This document shows positions 9,770 through 17,704 of a DNA stretch of 30,288 nucleotides, in pieces. The notes under the pieces are model-generated. The model saw only the letters and a list, made by a program, of their open reading frames with translations, was not told the origin of the DNA and ran no database searches. Origin of the DNA: Planctomycetota bacterium (lineage in GTDB: Bacteria; Planctomycetota; PLA2; JAEUHO01). The position numbers and the translations under genes are program-made. The stretch's first letter is position 1, and each line of letters opens with the position of its first letter. Location of the stretch: NCBI GenBank assembly GCA_965223505.1, contig CBDCWP010000027.1, positions 1-30,288 on the forward strand, written 5' to 3'.

Positions 9770-11590
9770 CTACCCAGCCGGCTTCTTCAACCAGGCCTGC
9801 TCGAACTCTTCCCAGTCCACGCCCTCGAACGCCTTGTCGACGGCCTTCTTGAGCGCTTCGGCGCCGCCGCGGCCACGGAAGAACGTACGCGGAATGCCCG
9901 GCGGCTTTTCTTCGCCTTCGTCCTCGTCTCCGTCGTCCTCTCCGTTGCCGTCATCCCCGTCCTTTTCGTCGTCGTCGCCGTCCTTCTCGTCACCGTCCTC
10001 CGGCGTCGGCAGGTCCGGCTCCGGGCGGTCGAACGGGTTCATGGGCCCGTCGCCTTCCTTGTTGACCTCCGCCTTCAAGGTGTCGAAGTAGACCTGCAGG
10101 ATGTGGCCCCACTTCTCGTTCCACTTCTTCTTCTTGGGCACGATCTCCCGCAGGAAGTAGATCAGGCTCCAGCCCTGCGCGTAGCACACGCTCGGATACG
10201 AGTAGTACTCTCTCTGCGTGAAGCGAACCAGATCCTCCAGCGGCGTGTAGCCCTCGCCGTGGAACTTCGCGCCGATCACCTTGCCGTTTCCGTCCTCCAG
10301 AATCTCCTTCTCGCGCGGGCCCTTCGCTACGGCGGTGCGAATCACACCGCGACGCCATTCGAACGGCTTGATGACGAACTTGCCGCCGTTGTACTTCGCG
10401 CCCGCGTAGTAGTCGCCGTGCCCCTCGTTGAACCACGAGTGCGGCGCCACGTCACCCACGCTGTAGTAGATGTACTGGTGGAACGCCTCGTGATAGAGGA
10501 CCGACACCGTGTCGTCGTCGATCTTCTTCGCGCGGCTCGCGTCGTAGAAGACCAGCTCCTCGGTGCCGCTGCTCCAATACCCGGCCGATCCTCCCGGCCC
10601 GCCGTAGGCGTGATACTCCTGTCGATCCGCGCACACGCGTACGATCGAGACCGCGGTGATCGGCTTCGCCGGTGGGAACTGAACCTCGTAGACCTGCTCG
10701 CGAATCAGCTCGATGCGCTTCGCGATCTCCTTGGCGAGCGCGTGGTTCTTGTTGTTCTTCGTGTTGTAGATGACGATGTAGTTCTGCTTCGGGCTGACGA
10801 TGACGGCCCAGCCCTCGACGAGGCCCTTCTCGATGTCCGCTCGCCGGCGCGGCGTGATGTTGACGCCGTCGAGATCGTCGAGGCTCTCGACGTCTTCCGC
10901 CTTCGCGTCGAAGTACTTGAACGACTTCGCAATGCGAATGAACGCCTTGCTGTAGTGCTTCTTGAGCGGCTCGCCGCACGTCATGAAGACGCCGTACTCG
11001 ACGCCTTCCTTTTCGAAGGAGGCGAGCACCATGTGCATCTTGATCGGCTCACCGAACATCGACGGATACGGGACGTCCTCGACCCAGAGCTTGCCTTCGA
11101 TGGCCGGTTTGTCCTTCGACTTGATCTTCTTGCACTTGTCCTTCTTGAGCTTGACCTTCCCGCTGCTGCTCATGCGCGCCGCCATCCTGGCGGCTTCGCC
11201 GATGGTGGCGTCCCATGCGTCCTCGGGCTCCTTGAACCCGAACCGGGACAGGTCGATCGACGGCGGCTCGTTGCCGTCGCCCTCGCCCGTGACGGCGGGC
11301 TTGGCCTTCTCCTTGTCCTTGACGATGCGCACGACGACCAGGTCGGGGTCGTACGTGCCGCGGTTCTGGCCCTTGTTCTTCGGGTCGCGGTACTTGACCA
11401 CCGTCGTCTTCTCGCCCGGCTCGAGCGGCACGGGCTTCCAGCCCTTGAAGAACGGGAACGAGAACTTGTGGACCTTGTCGCGGTGCTTCTCGCTCAGCGC
11501 CGGAGCGCCGGCGTCGGCAGCGGGCACCCCCGCGAACGACAGAACGAGGAGCGCGAGCAACGGCAGACCGAGCATGGAGTGACGGCGCAT
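9770..11590 (-). CDS. Secreted zinc metallopeptidase-like protein (gluzincin, peptidase MA/DUF1570-like), ~606 aa
   Basis: Signal peptide MRRHSMLGLPLLALLVLSFAG with AGGGA RBS. GGSAGYW, HEAFH followed by WFNEG, YAQGWSLIYFL, and an acidic C-terminal insert. Confidence 0.8.
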   Translation of the reverse strand: MRRHSMLGLPLLALLVLSFAGVPAADAGAPALSEKHRDKVHKFSFPFFKGWKPVPLEPGEKTTVVKYRDPKNKGQNRGTYDPDLVVVRIVKDKEKAKPAVTGEGDGNEPPSIDLSRFGFKEPEDAWDATIGEAARMAARMSSSGKVKLKKDKCKKIKSKDKPAIEGKLWVEDVPYPSMFGEPIKMHMVLASFEKEGVEYGVFMTCGEPLKKHYSKAFIRIAKSFKYFDAKAEDVESLDDLDGVNITPRRRADIEKGLVEGWAVIVSPKQNYIVIYNTKNNKNHALAKEIAKRIELIREQVYEVQFPPAKPITAVSIVRVCADRQEYHAYGGPGGSAGYWSSGTEELVFYDASRAKKIDDDTVSVLYHEAFHQYIYYSVGDVAPHSWFNEGHGDYYAGAKYNGGKFVIKPFEWRRGVIRTAVAKGPREKEILEDGNGKVIGAKFHGEGYTPLEDLVRFTQREYYSYPSVCYAQGWSLIYFLREIVPKKKKWNEKWGHILQVYFDTLKAEVNKEGDGPMNPFDRPEPDLPTPEDGDEKDGDDDEKDGDDGNGEDDGDEDEGEEKPPGIPRTFFRGRGGAEALKKAVDKAFEGVDWEEFEQAWLKKPAG

Positions 11591-11637
11591 GAACTGATCC
11601 CTACGGAAGCACGGTGCGGGCTCCGCCCCCCTCGACA

Positions 11638-11683
11638 AACGATAACGAGCGTGCGCGGGTCCCATTGGCCGTGATCGGCCAAT
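11638..11683 (-). promoter_or_regulatory. Putative ECF-type promoter (GGGAC-N17-CGTT) with an adjacent perfect palindrome
   Basis: Minus strand GGGAC at 11663-11659 and CGTT at 11641-11638. Inverted repeat ATTGGCCG-TGAT-CGGCCAAT at 11664-11683. Confidence 0.35.
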
Positions 11684-11708
11684 CGCCCGGTCTCCCATAG
11701 GACGCACT

Positions 11709-13736
11709 CTAGCCCTCGGTGTTCCCGGATCGGCCCGCGCGGGCCAGAAACTCGGCCTCGTCGATGACTTCGATCCCGAGTTCCTCGGCCTTCTTCAGCT
11801 TGCCGCCCGCGCCGGGCCCGGCCACGACGAGGTCGGTCTTCTTGGAGACCGACGAGCCGGCGCGGCCCCCCAGGGTCTCGACCAGGGCCTTGGCCTCCCC
11901 TCGCGAGAGCTCCTCGAGCTTGCCCGTCAGGACCACCATCAGGCCTTCGAACACGCCGCCCGCCGGCGCGGCGACCGGCGCCGGATCGACACCGGCGTCG
12001 CGTAGACGCTCCAGCATCGCGTGATTGTGCTCGTCCGCGAACCAGCTCGTCACCGAGCCGGCCATCGCTTCGCCGACCTCGTCGAGCTCGAGAAGCTCGT
12101 CTTCCGTCGCGTCGATGACGTGATCGAGTGTGCCGAAGGCGCGCGCGAGGATGCGTGCCCCGCGCTCGCCGACCTCCGGGATGCCGAGCCCGAGCAGGAA
12201 CCGGTCCAGCGGCACCGACTTGGCCGCCTCGAGCTGGGCCAGCAGGTTCTCCGCGCTCTTGCGACCCCAGCGCTCGAGCGCGGACAACGCATCGACGGTC
12301 AGCGACCAGAGGTCGGCCGCGTCTTCGATGAGGCCGTTGTCGAGCAGCTGTTCGATCTGCTTCTCGCCCAGCCCGCGAATGTCCAGCGCGGCGCGGCTCG
12401 CGAAGTGAAACAGCCGGGCCTTGATCTGCGCGCGGCACGCGAAGTTCGGACAGCGAACGGCGACGCGCTCCTCGTCGCGCGCCAGCGCCGTGTCGCAGAC
12501 CGGGCAGTGGTCGGGTACGACGATCTCGGTCTCGGCGCCCGTGCGCTCGTCCTCCAACGCCCGCAGTACCTTGGGAATCACGTCGCCCGCCCGCTCGATC
12601 TCGACGCGATCCCCTTCGCGCAAGCCGAGACGCCCCAGCTCGTCGACGTTGTGAAGCGTCGCGTGGGACACGGTGACACCGGCGACGAACACCGGCTCGA
12701 GGATGGCGCGCGGTGTCACGATGCCGGTCCGGCCGACGCTCCAGTCCACGCGCTTCAACGTCGTCGTCGCGCGTTGCGCCGGGAACTTCCAAGCGACCGC
12801 CCAGCGCGGGGAGCGACTGCGCATGCCGAGGCGGTCCTGCAGCCGGAAGTCGTCCACCTTGACGACGACCCCGTCCAGCTCGTACGTGATGGACGTGCGC
12901 GCCTCGACGAGCTCGGCGTAGCGCGCGGCCACGGCGTCGGCGCCGTCGAGGAAGCGCGTCTCGGGCACGGTCGGAAGCCCCATCTCGCGCAACGCGTCAA
13001 GCAGCGCCTCCTGACTGTCGTACGAAACGTCCTTCACGCCGCCGATCGCGTACGCGAAGTAGCGAATGGGCCGGCTCGCGGTGATCGACGGGTCCAGCAT
13101 CCGCAGCGACCCGGCGCAGAAGTTGCGCGGATTGGCGAACGTCTGCCGTCCCGCCTCCTCCGCCGCGCGATTGAACGCGTGAAACTCGTCCTTGCGGATG
13201 TACGCCTCGCCGCGCACCGCGATCCACGTCGGCACGTGGTCGCCGCGCAGCTTCGGCGGGATGGCGCGAATGGTGCGCGCGTTTGCGGTCACGTTCTCGC
13301 CCACGCGGCCGTCGCCGCGCGTCGACGCGGCCGTGAGCAGTCCGTTCTCGTAGATCAGCTCGAGGCCGACGCCGTCGATCTTCGGCTCGACGCTGTAGCG
13401 CCGGGGCGACTCCGACTTCAGGTAGCGATCCGCGGACACGACCCAGTCGCGAAACTCGTCCTCCGAGACGACGTTGTTGAGCGAGACCATCGGGCTGGGG
13501 TGCTCGAAGGGCTCGAAGCCCTCGGCGACCGCGCCCGGGACGTGCTGGGTCGGACTGCCGGGGTCGTGAAGATCGGGGTGCGCCGTCTCCAGCCGGACCA
13601 GCTCGCGGTAGAGCTCGTCGTACTGCGTGTCGGTCAGGATCGGGTCGTCCAGGACGTAGTAGCGGTGATCGGCGTCGAGGATGAGGCCGCGCAGCTCCTC
13701 GACGCGTTCGCGGATCTCGGTCGGGACGGTGGACAC
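11709..13736 (-). CDS. ligA: NAD-dependent DNA ligase
   Basis: YYVLDDP, adenylation motif EPKIDG, TRGDG, RGE, NPRN, DGVVVK, AWKF, VGRTG, RAGDVIP, C4 zinc finger, HhH repeats and BRCT (GSSVSKKTD). Confidence 0.98.
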   Translation of the reverse strand: MSTVPTEIRERVEELRGLILDADHRYYVLDDPILTDTQYDELYRELVRLETAHPDLHDPGSPTQHVPGAVAEGFEPFEHPSPMVSLNNVVSEDEFRDWVVSADRYLKSESPRRYSVEPKIDGVGLELIYENGLLTAASTRGDGRVGENVTANARTIRAIPPKLRGDHVPTWIAVRGEAYIRKDEFHAFNRAAEEAGRQTFANPRNFCAGSLRMLDPSITASRPIRYFAYAIGGVKDVSYDSQEALLDALREMGLPTVPETRFLDGADAVAARYAELVEARTSITYELDGVVVKVDDFRLQDRLGMRSRSPRWAVAWKFPAQRATTTLKRVDWSVGRTGIVTPRAILEPVFVAGVTVSHATLHNVDELGRLGLREGDRVEIERAGDVIPKVLRALEDERTGAETEIVVPDHCPVCDTALARDEERVAVRCPNFACRAQIKARLFHFASRAALDIRGLGEKQIEQLLDNGLIEDAADLWSLTVDALSALERWGRKSAENLLAQLEAAKSVPLDRFLLGLGIPEVGERGARILARAFGTLDHVIDATEDELLELDEVGEAMAGSVTSWFADEHNHAMLERLRDAGVDPAPVAAPAGGVFEGLMVVLTGKLEELSRGEAKALVETLGGRAGSSVSKKTDLVVAGPGAGGKLKKAEELGIEVIDEAEFLARAGRSGNTEG

Positions 13737-13843
13737 CGCGGGATCCTACCCGACACGGGCCGCCGTCCACCGGTGCGTCGCTTGCCCGGCCTGCGTGACG
13801 CTCATACGCTCAGCGGTTCGACGCAGGGATTCGGGCCACTGCC

Positions 13844-15361
13844 ATGCCGTTCGCTCAGGCACTTCTGCTGACGATCTACTACGCCCTCTTGGGGCTGGTG
13901 ACGGCGGTGATGTTCTATCGCTCGTTCCTCATCCTGCGCTACTACCTGCATCCGAAGGACGACGTGGAGCCGAAGGCGCGCTTCGACGAAGAGCCGGTCG
14001 TCACCGTGCAGCTTCCGGTCTTCAACGAGCAGTTCGTCGTCGAGCGCCTGCTCGACAGCGTCTGTGCGTTCGATTGGCCGCGCGACAAGCTCGAGATCCA
14101 GCTCCTGGACGACAGCACCGACGGCACCGTGCACATCTCGGCGGCCAAGGTGGCGGCGCTGCGCCAAGAAGGCTACGACGTCGTCCACCTGCACCGGACC
14201 GACCGAACGGGCTACAAGGCGGGCGCGTTGCGCGAAGCGACGGCGGTGGCGAAGGGCGACTTCCTCGCGGTCTTCGACGCCGACTTCGTGCCCGAGCCGG
14301 ACTTCCTGCGCAACACGATCGACCACTTCACCGACCCCGAGGTCGGGTTCGTCCAGACGCGGTGGTCGTATCTCAATCGCGGTTACGGCTTCCTCACGCA
14401 GGGCATGGGCATGCTCATGGACGGGCACTTCACGCTCGAGCAGGTCGTCCGTTCGCGCGGCGGCTACATCTTCAACTTCAACGGGACGGGCGGCGTCTGG
14501 CGCCGCCAGGCGATCGAAGCGGGCGGCGGCTGGCACGACGACACGATCTGCGAAGACACCGATCTCTCCTACCGCACGCAGCTCGCGGGGTATCGCGGCG
14601 TCTTCCTGCGTCACACGTACGCGCCCAGCGAGCTGCCGGTGCAGATCACGGCGCTCAAGAGCCAGCAGCACCGCTGGGCGAAGGGGCTGACCGAGTGCTT
14701 CTTCAAGCTGATGCCGACGCTTTGGCGCAGCAAGCAGCCGCTCAAGGTCAAGCTCGAGGGCACGTTTCACCTGGGCGCCAACCTGGCGTTCCCGGCCAGC
14801 CTCTTCATGACCGTCGTGACGCTTCCGGTGATGCTCGTGCGCATCGGCCGCGGCTCCGGCGGCGAGCTCGCCCAGTTCGTCGACTCGTTCGTCTTCTTCC
14901 TCGTCGTCGTCACCCAGGTGCTCTTCTACGTCGTGGCGACGCGCGAGAGCCACAAGGACTGGCTGGGGCGGCTCAAGTATCTGCCCTTCTTCCCGCTCAT
15001 CGGTGTCGGGCTGGCCGTGAACAACGCCCGCGGCGTCCTGGAGGCGATGTCGGGGCTGCGCACCGAGTTCGTGCGGACCCCGAAGCTCGGCGTGCTGGGG
15101 GAGGACCGACAGCTTGTCAAGAAGCGCGAGCGCACCTACACGGGCGGCCGCGACATGCTGCAAGCGGTCGTGGAGATCCTGCTGGGCGGCTACTACGTCT
15201 GGATGGCGGCGGCCCAGTGGGCGGTCATGCCCATGGGATCCGTGGTCACGCTGGTGCTCTCCATCGGGCTGTTCACGATGGGCGGCGCGACCGTGCGTGC
15301 GCTTTGGATCCGCCGGGCCGAGGCGCGCGCCCAGATCGCCGCGAAGACCTCTCCGGCGTAG
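13844..15361 (+). CDS. Processive glycosyltransferase family 2 (cellulose synthase-like/CslA-like), 505 aa
   Basis: QLPVFNE, LDDSTD, GYKAGAL, FDADF, FNGTGG, ED and QQHRW motifs. One N-terminal and several C-terminal TMs. No PilZ domain. Confidence 0.92.
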   Translation: MPFAQALLLTIYYALLGLVTAVMFYRSFLILRYYLHPKDDVEPKARFDEEPVVTVQLPVFNEQFVVERLLDSVCAFDWPRDKLEIQLLDDSTDGTVHISAAKVAALRQEGYDVVHLHRTDRTGYKAGALREATAVAKGDFLAVFDADFVPEPDFLRNTIDHFTDPEVGFVQTRWSYLNRGYGFLTQGMGMLMDGHFTLEQVVRSRGGYIFNFNGTGGVWRRQAIEAGGGWHDDTICEDTDLSYRTQLAGYRGVFLRHTYAPSELPVQITALKSQQHRWAKGLTECFFKLMPTLWRSKQPLKVKLEGTFHLGANLAFPASLFMTVVTLPVMLVRIGRGSGGELAQFVDSFVFFLVVVTQVLFYVVATRESHKDWLGRLKYLPFFPLIGVGLAVNNARGVLEAMSGLRTEFVRTPKLGVLGEDRQLVKKRERTYTGGRDMLQAVVEILLGGYYVWMAAAQWAVMPMGSVVTLVLSIGLFTMGGATVRALWIRRAEARAQIAAKTSPA

Positions 15362-15471
15362 GGGCGACCACGCCCGGAAGCGCGCTGCGCGCGGCAACGG
15401 CGCCGGCAGCGGCTTACAAAGCCCACATCTGAAGGTGGCGGCGAGCCGCCCAAAAGGCAGAATCTAGGGCG

Positions 15472-15518
15472 TCCGAGGTTCAGCCGACCCCTGTTCCCTG
15501 CCGACAGGATAGGGCGGC
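15472..15518 (+). promoter_or_regulatory. Leader element copy 1 (TCCGAGGTTCA + hairpin), shared with the pstS leader
   Basis: 14/15-nt identity to 20814-20828, followed by a stem CCG/CCCTGT...ATAGGG/CGG. Confidence 0.5.
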
Positions 15519-15554
15519 GCTCCCGCACCCCCTTGCCCCTTTCTCCGGAGTCCC

Positions 15555-16664
15555 ATGGGCCGCATTCTGGTCGTCGATGACAACGAGAGCATCCGCGAGG
15601 TGCTCTCGGAACAGCTCGCTCTACAGGGCCACTCCTGCGATCTCGCGGCGAACGGTATGGAGGGCTTGCAGCGCGTTCAGGAGCGTGAATACGACGCGAT
15701 CGTGAGCGACATCGACATGCCGGGCATGAACGGCATCGAGTTCCTCAAACGGATCCACCCCTACGTCGAGTCGATTACGCCCTTCATGATCCTGACGGCC
15801 TACGGAGAGTGGGAATACGCCATGGAGGCGATTCGCCTCGGCGCCTGCAACTTCCTTCAGAAGCCGTTCGAGCAAGCGGACGTCATCGAGGCCGTTCGCC
15901 GCGCCATGGAGCTCAGAGAGATCTACAAGCTCCGCCAGAACTATCGTGAGCAGCTGGAACGTAAGCTGCGTGAGAAGGAAGAAGAGCTGCGCCGTACCTA
16001 CGACGGCACGGTGATCGGGTTCGCCGCGATGATGGAGGGCAAGGACGCCTCCACCATGGCGCACCTGTTCCGTGTGCGGGACTACTGCACGCTGCTTGCC
16101 CGCGCGATGGACGTGCCGGAAGAGAAGATGCGCGATATTCAGCTCGGTGCGATGTTGCACGACATCGGCAAGTACCGCGTGCCGGACGCCATCCTGACCA
16201 AGCCGGGACCGTTGGACGATGATGAATGGACCGTGATGCGCAAGCATCCGGCATTTGGTGCGGAGTTCGTGAAGCGCATCCCGTTCCTGGCGGGCGCGAG
16301 CGAGGTCATCCTCAATCACCACGAGAAGTACGACGGCACCGGCTATCCGAACCAGCTGGCGGCGGCTGAGATCCCGATCTCGGCCCGGATCTTCTCCGTC
16401 GTCGACGCCTACGACGCCATCGTGTCGGAGCGCTGTTACAAGTCGGCGCGGAGTTCGGCGACCGCGATCGCGGAGCTGCGACGTTGCGCGGGAACGCAGT
16501 TCGATCCCGCCGTGGTCGACGCGTTCGAGCGGATCCTCCCGGAGATCGAGCAGAGCGGCGAGACGTTCGAGGCGCGCTACCGCGACGAGGTGACCAGCAT
16601 CGGCCTCGGCGGTCCCGACCGCAGCAAGGTGGCCGCCGAGGCGACGAACAACGGCAACGAGTAG
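15555..16664 (+). CDS. Response regulator with HD-GYP phosphodiesterase domain (RpfG-like), 369 aa
   Basis: REC: VVDD, SDIDMPGMNG, LTAY, QKPF. Coiled-coil linker. HD-GYP: LHDIGK, MRKHP, HHEKYDGTGYP, VDAYDA, GTQFDP. Confidence 0.95.
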   Translation: MGRILVVDDNESIREVLSEQLALQGHSCDLAANGMEGLQRVQEREYDAIVSDIDMPGMNGIEFLKRIHPYVESITPFMILTAYGEWEYAMEAIRLGACNFLQKPFEQADVIEAVRRAMELREIYKLRQNYREQLERKLREKEEELRRTYDGTVIGFAAMMEGKDASTMAHLFRVRDYCTLLARAMDVPEEKMRDIQLGAMLHDIGKYRVPDAILTKPGPLDDDEWTVMRKHPAFGAEFVKRIPFLAGASEVILNHHEKYDGTGYPNQLAAAEIPISARIFSVVDAYDAIVSERCYKSARSSATAIAELRRCAGTQFDPAVVDAFERILPEIEQSGETFEARYRDEVTSIGLGGPDRSKVAAEATNNGNE

Positions 16665-16882
16665 CGGGCGACCGCTTCCGACGCGTCGCCCATCTGGTGT
16701 CGTGCGCCAAGCTCCCGGTCGGACCCGCTCGTGCACGCGTACGTGCTCGGGTGCACACACGGCCCAGGCCAGCCCCGGCCGGCCTAACAACGTCTTGAAA
16801 TCAGCCCGCCGGATCAGCGGCGCCTCACGCCGGGGCGGCCGTTTGGTCGATGTGGGGGAGCATGGACTTCGAGGTGCCCAGG

Positions 16883-17683
16883 ATGGATCCGCTGCGCGCA
16901 TTCCTTTCCGGAAAGCGCAAGAGCGAGCGACACGTCGTCTCGCTGCCGGTCACGGTTTCCGGCGTCAAGCGCGAGTGCGAGGCGACGGCCGTCGACCTGT
17001 CGAACGGCGGCGTCCTCCTCAGCCTTTCCGAGCAAGAGCTTCGGCAGGCGTCCGCACGCAGGAACAACGGCTACCTGCAGGCGATCCAGGACAACTTCCG
17101 CGACGGCTTCGACGTGCATTTCCCTTCCTGTAGGGTCGTCGTCGAGGCGGAGCTGGTGCGCATGAGTGTGCAGCCCGGCGAGGACGGCCTCGTGTTCCTG
17201 GGGTGCCGCTTCCGGCACGCGCTGAGCATGGATCAGCGCACGCGGCTCGGGCTCGCCGGCACCGTCATCACCAAGGAAGGCGTCGACGTCCTGCCGACCT
17301 GGCTCGAGGTGGCTCCCATGGAGCACATGCCGTACGAGCCGCGTCCCGGCCGTCAAACGTACGCACTCGTCTACGACCGATCCGACGGGCTCAGCGGTCC
17401 GCGGTACGCGGCGCGCGTCACGGGCCTCGGCGAAGCCGCCGTCTGCATCCGCATCGATCACGTCGAGCTGTCCAACGTGACGCAGCGTCTGGGCAACGGC
17501 TCCCAGTTCAGGGTGTCGATCGTGCAGGGCAACAAGCAGCTCTGGGCGAGCGATGCGACGTTGGTTGCCGCACGTTATCTCGACACGCCGGGCGGCGGCG
17601 TCGAGGTCGCACTGCTGGCGGACGAGCCACCGGGACGCAATGTGACCAAGCACTTCCGTAAGCGGAAACGCGGCGCTGCGTAG
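16883..17683 (+). CDS. Stand-alone PilZ-domain protein (canonical PilZ + degenerate second domain), ~266 aa
   Basis: RKSER (RxxxR) and DLSNGG (D/NxSxxG), then LGCRF. Start chosen from the GAGGTG RBS; the ATG at 16862 is an alternative. Confidence 0.8.
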   Translation: MDPLRAFLSGKRKSERHVVSLPVTVSGVKRECEATAVDLSNGGVLLSLSEQELRQASARRNNGYLQAIQDNFRDGFDVHFPSCRVVVEAELVRMSVQPGEDGLVFLGCRFRHALSMDQRTRLGLAGTVITKEGVDVLPTWLEVAPMEHMPYEPRPGRQTYALVYDRSDGLSGPRYAARVTGLGEAAVCIRIDHVELSNVTQRLGNGSQFRVSIVQGNKQLWASDATLVAARYLDTPGGGVEVALLADEPPGRNVTKHFRKRKRGAA

Positions 17684-17704
17684 ACCGCGCGCGTCTCCCT
17701 CGAC

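Noticed and set aside
16740..16840. CCGGCCTAA upstream of the PilZ gene resembling part of a c-di-GMP-I riboswitch
   Set aside because: The GAAA tetraloop stem and GCAAA junction are missing. Only a short word matches.
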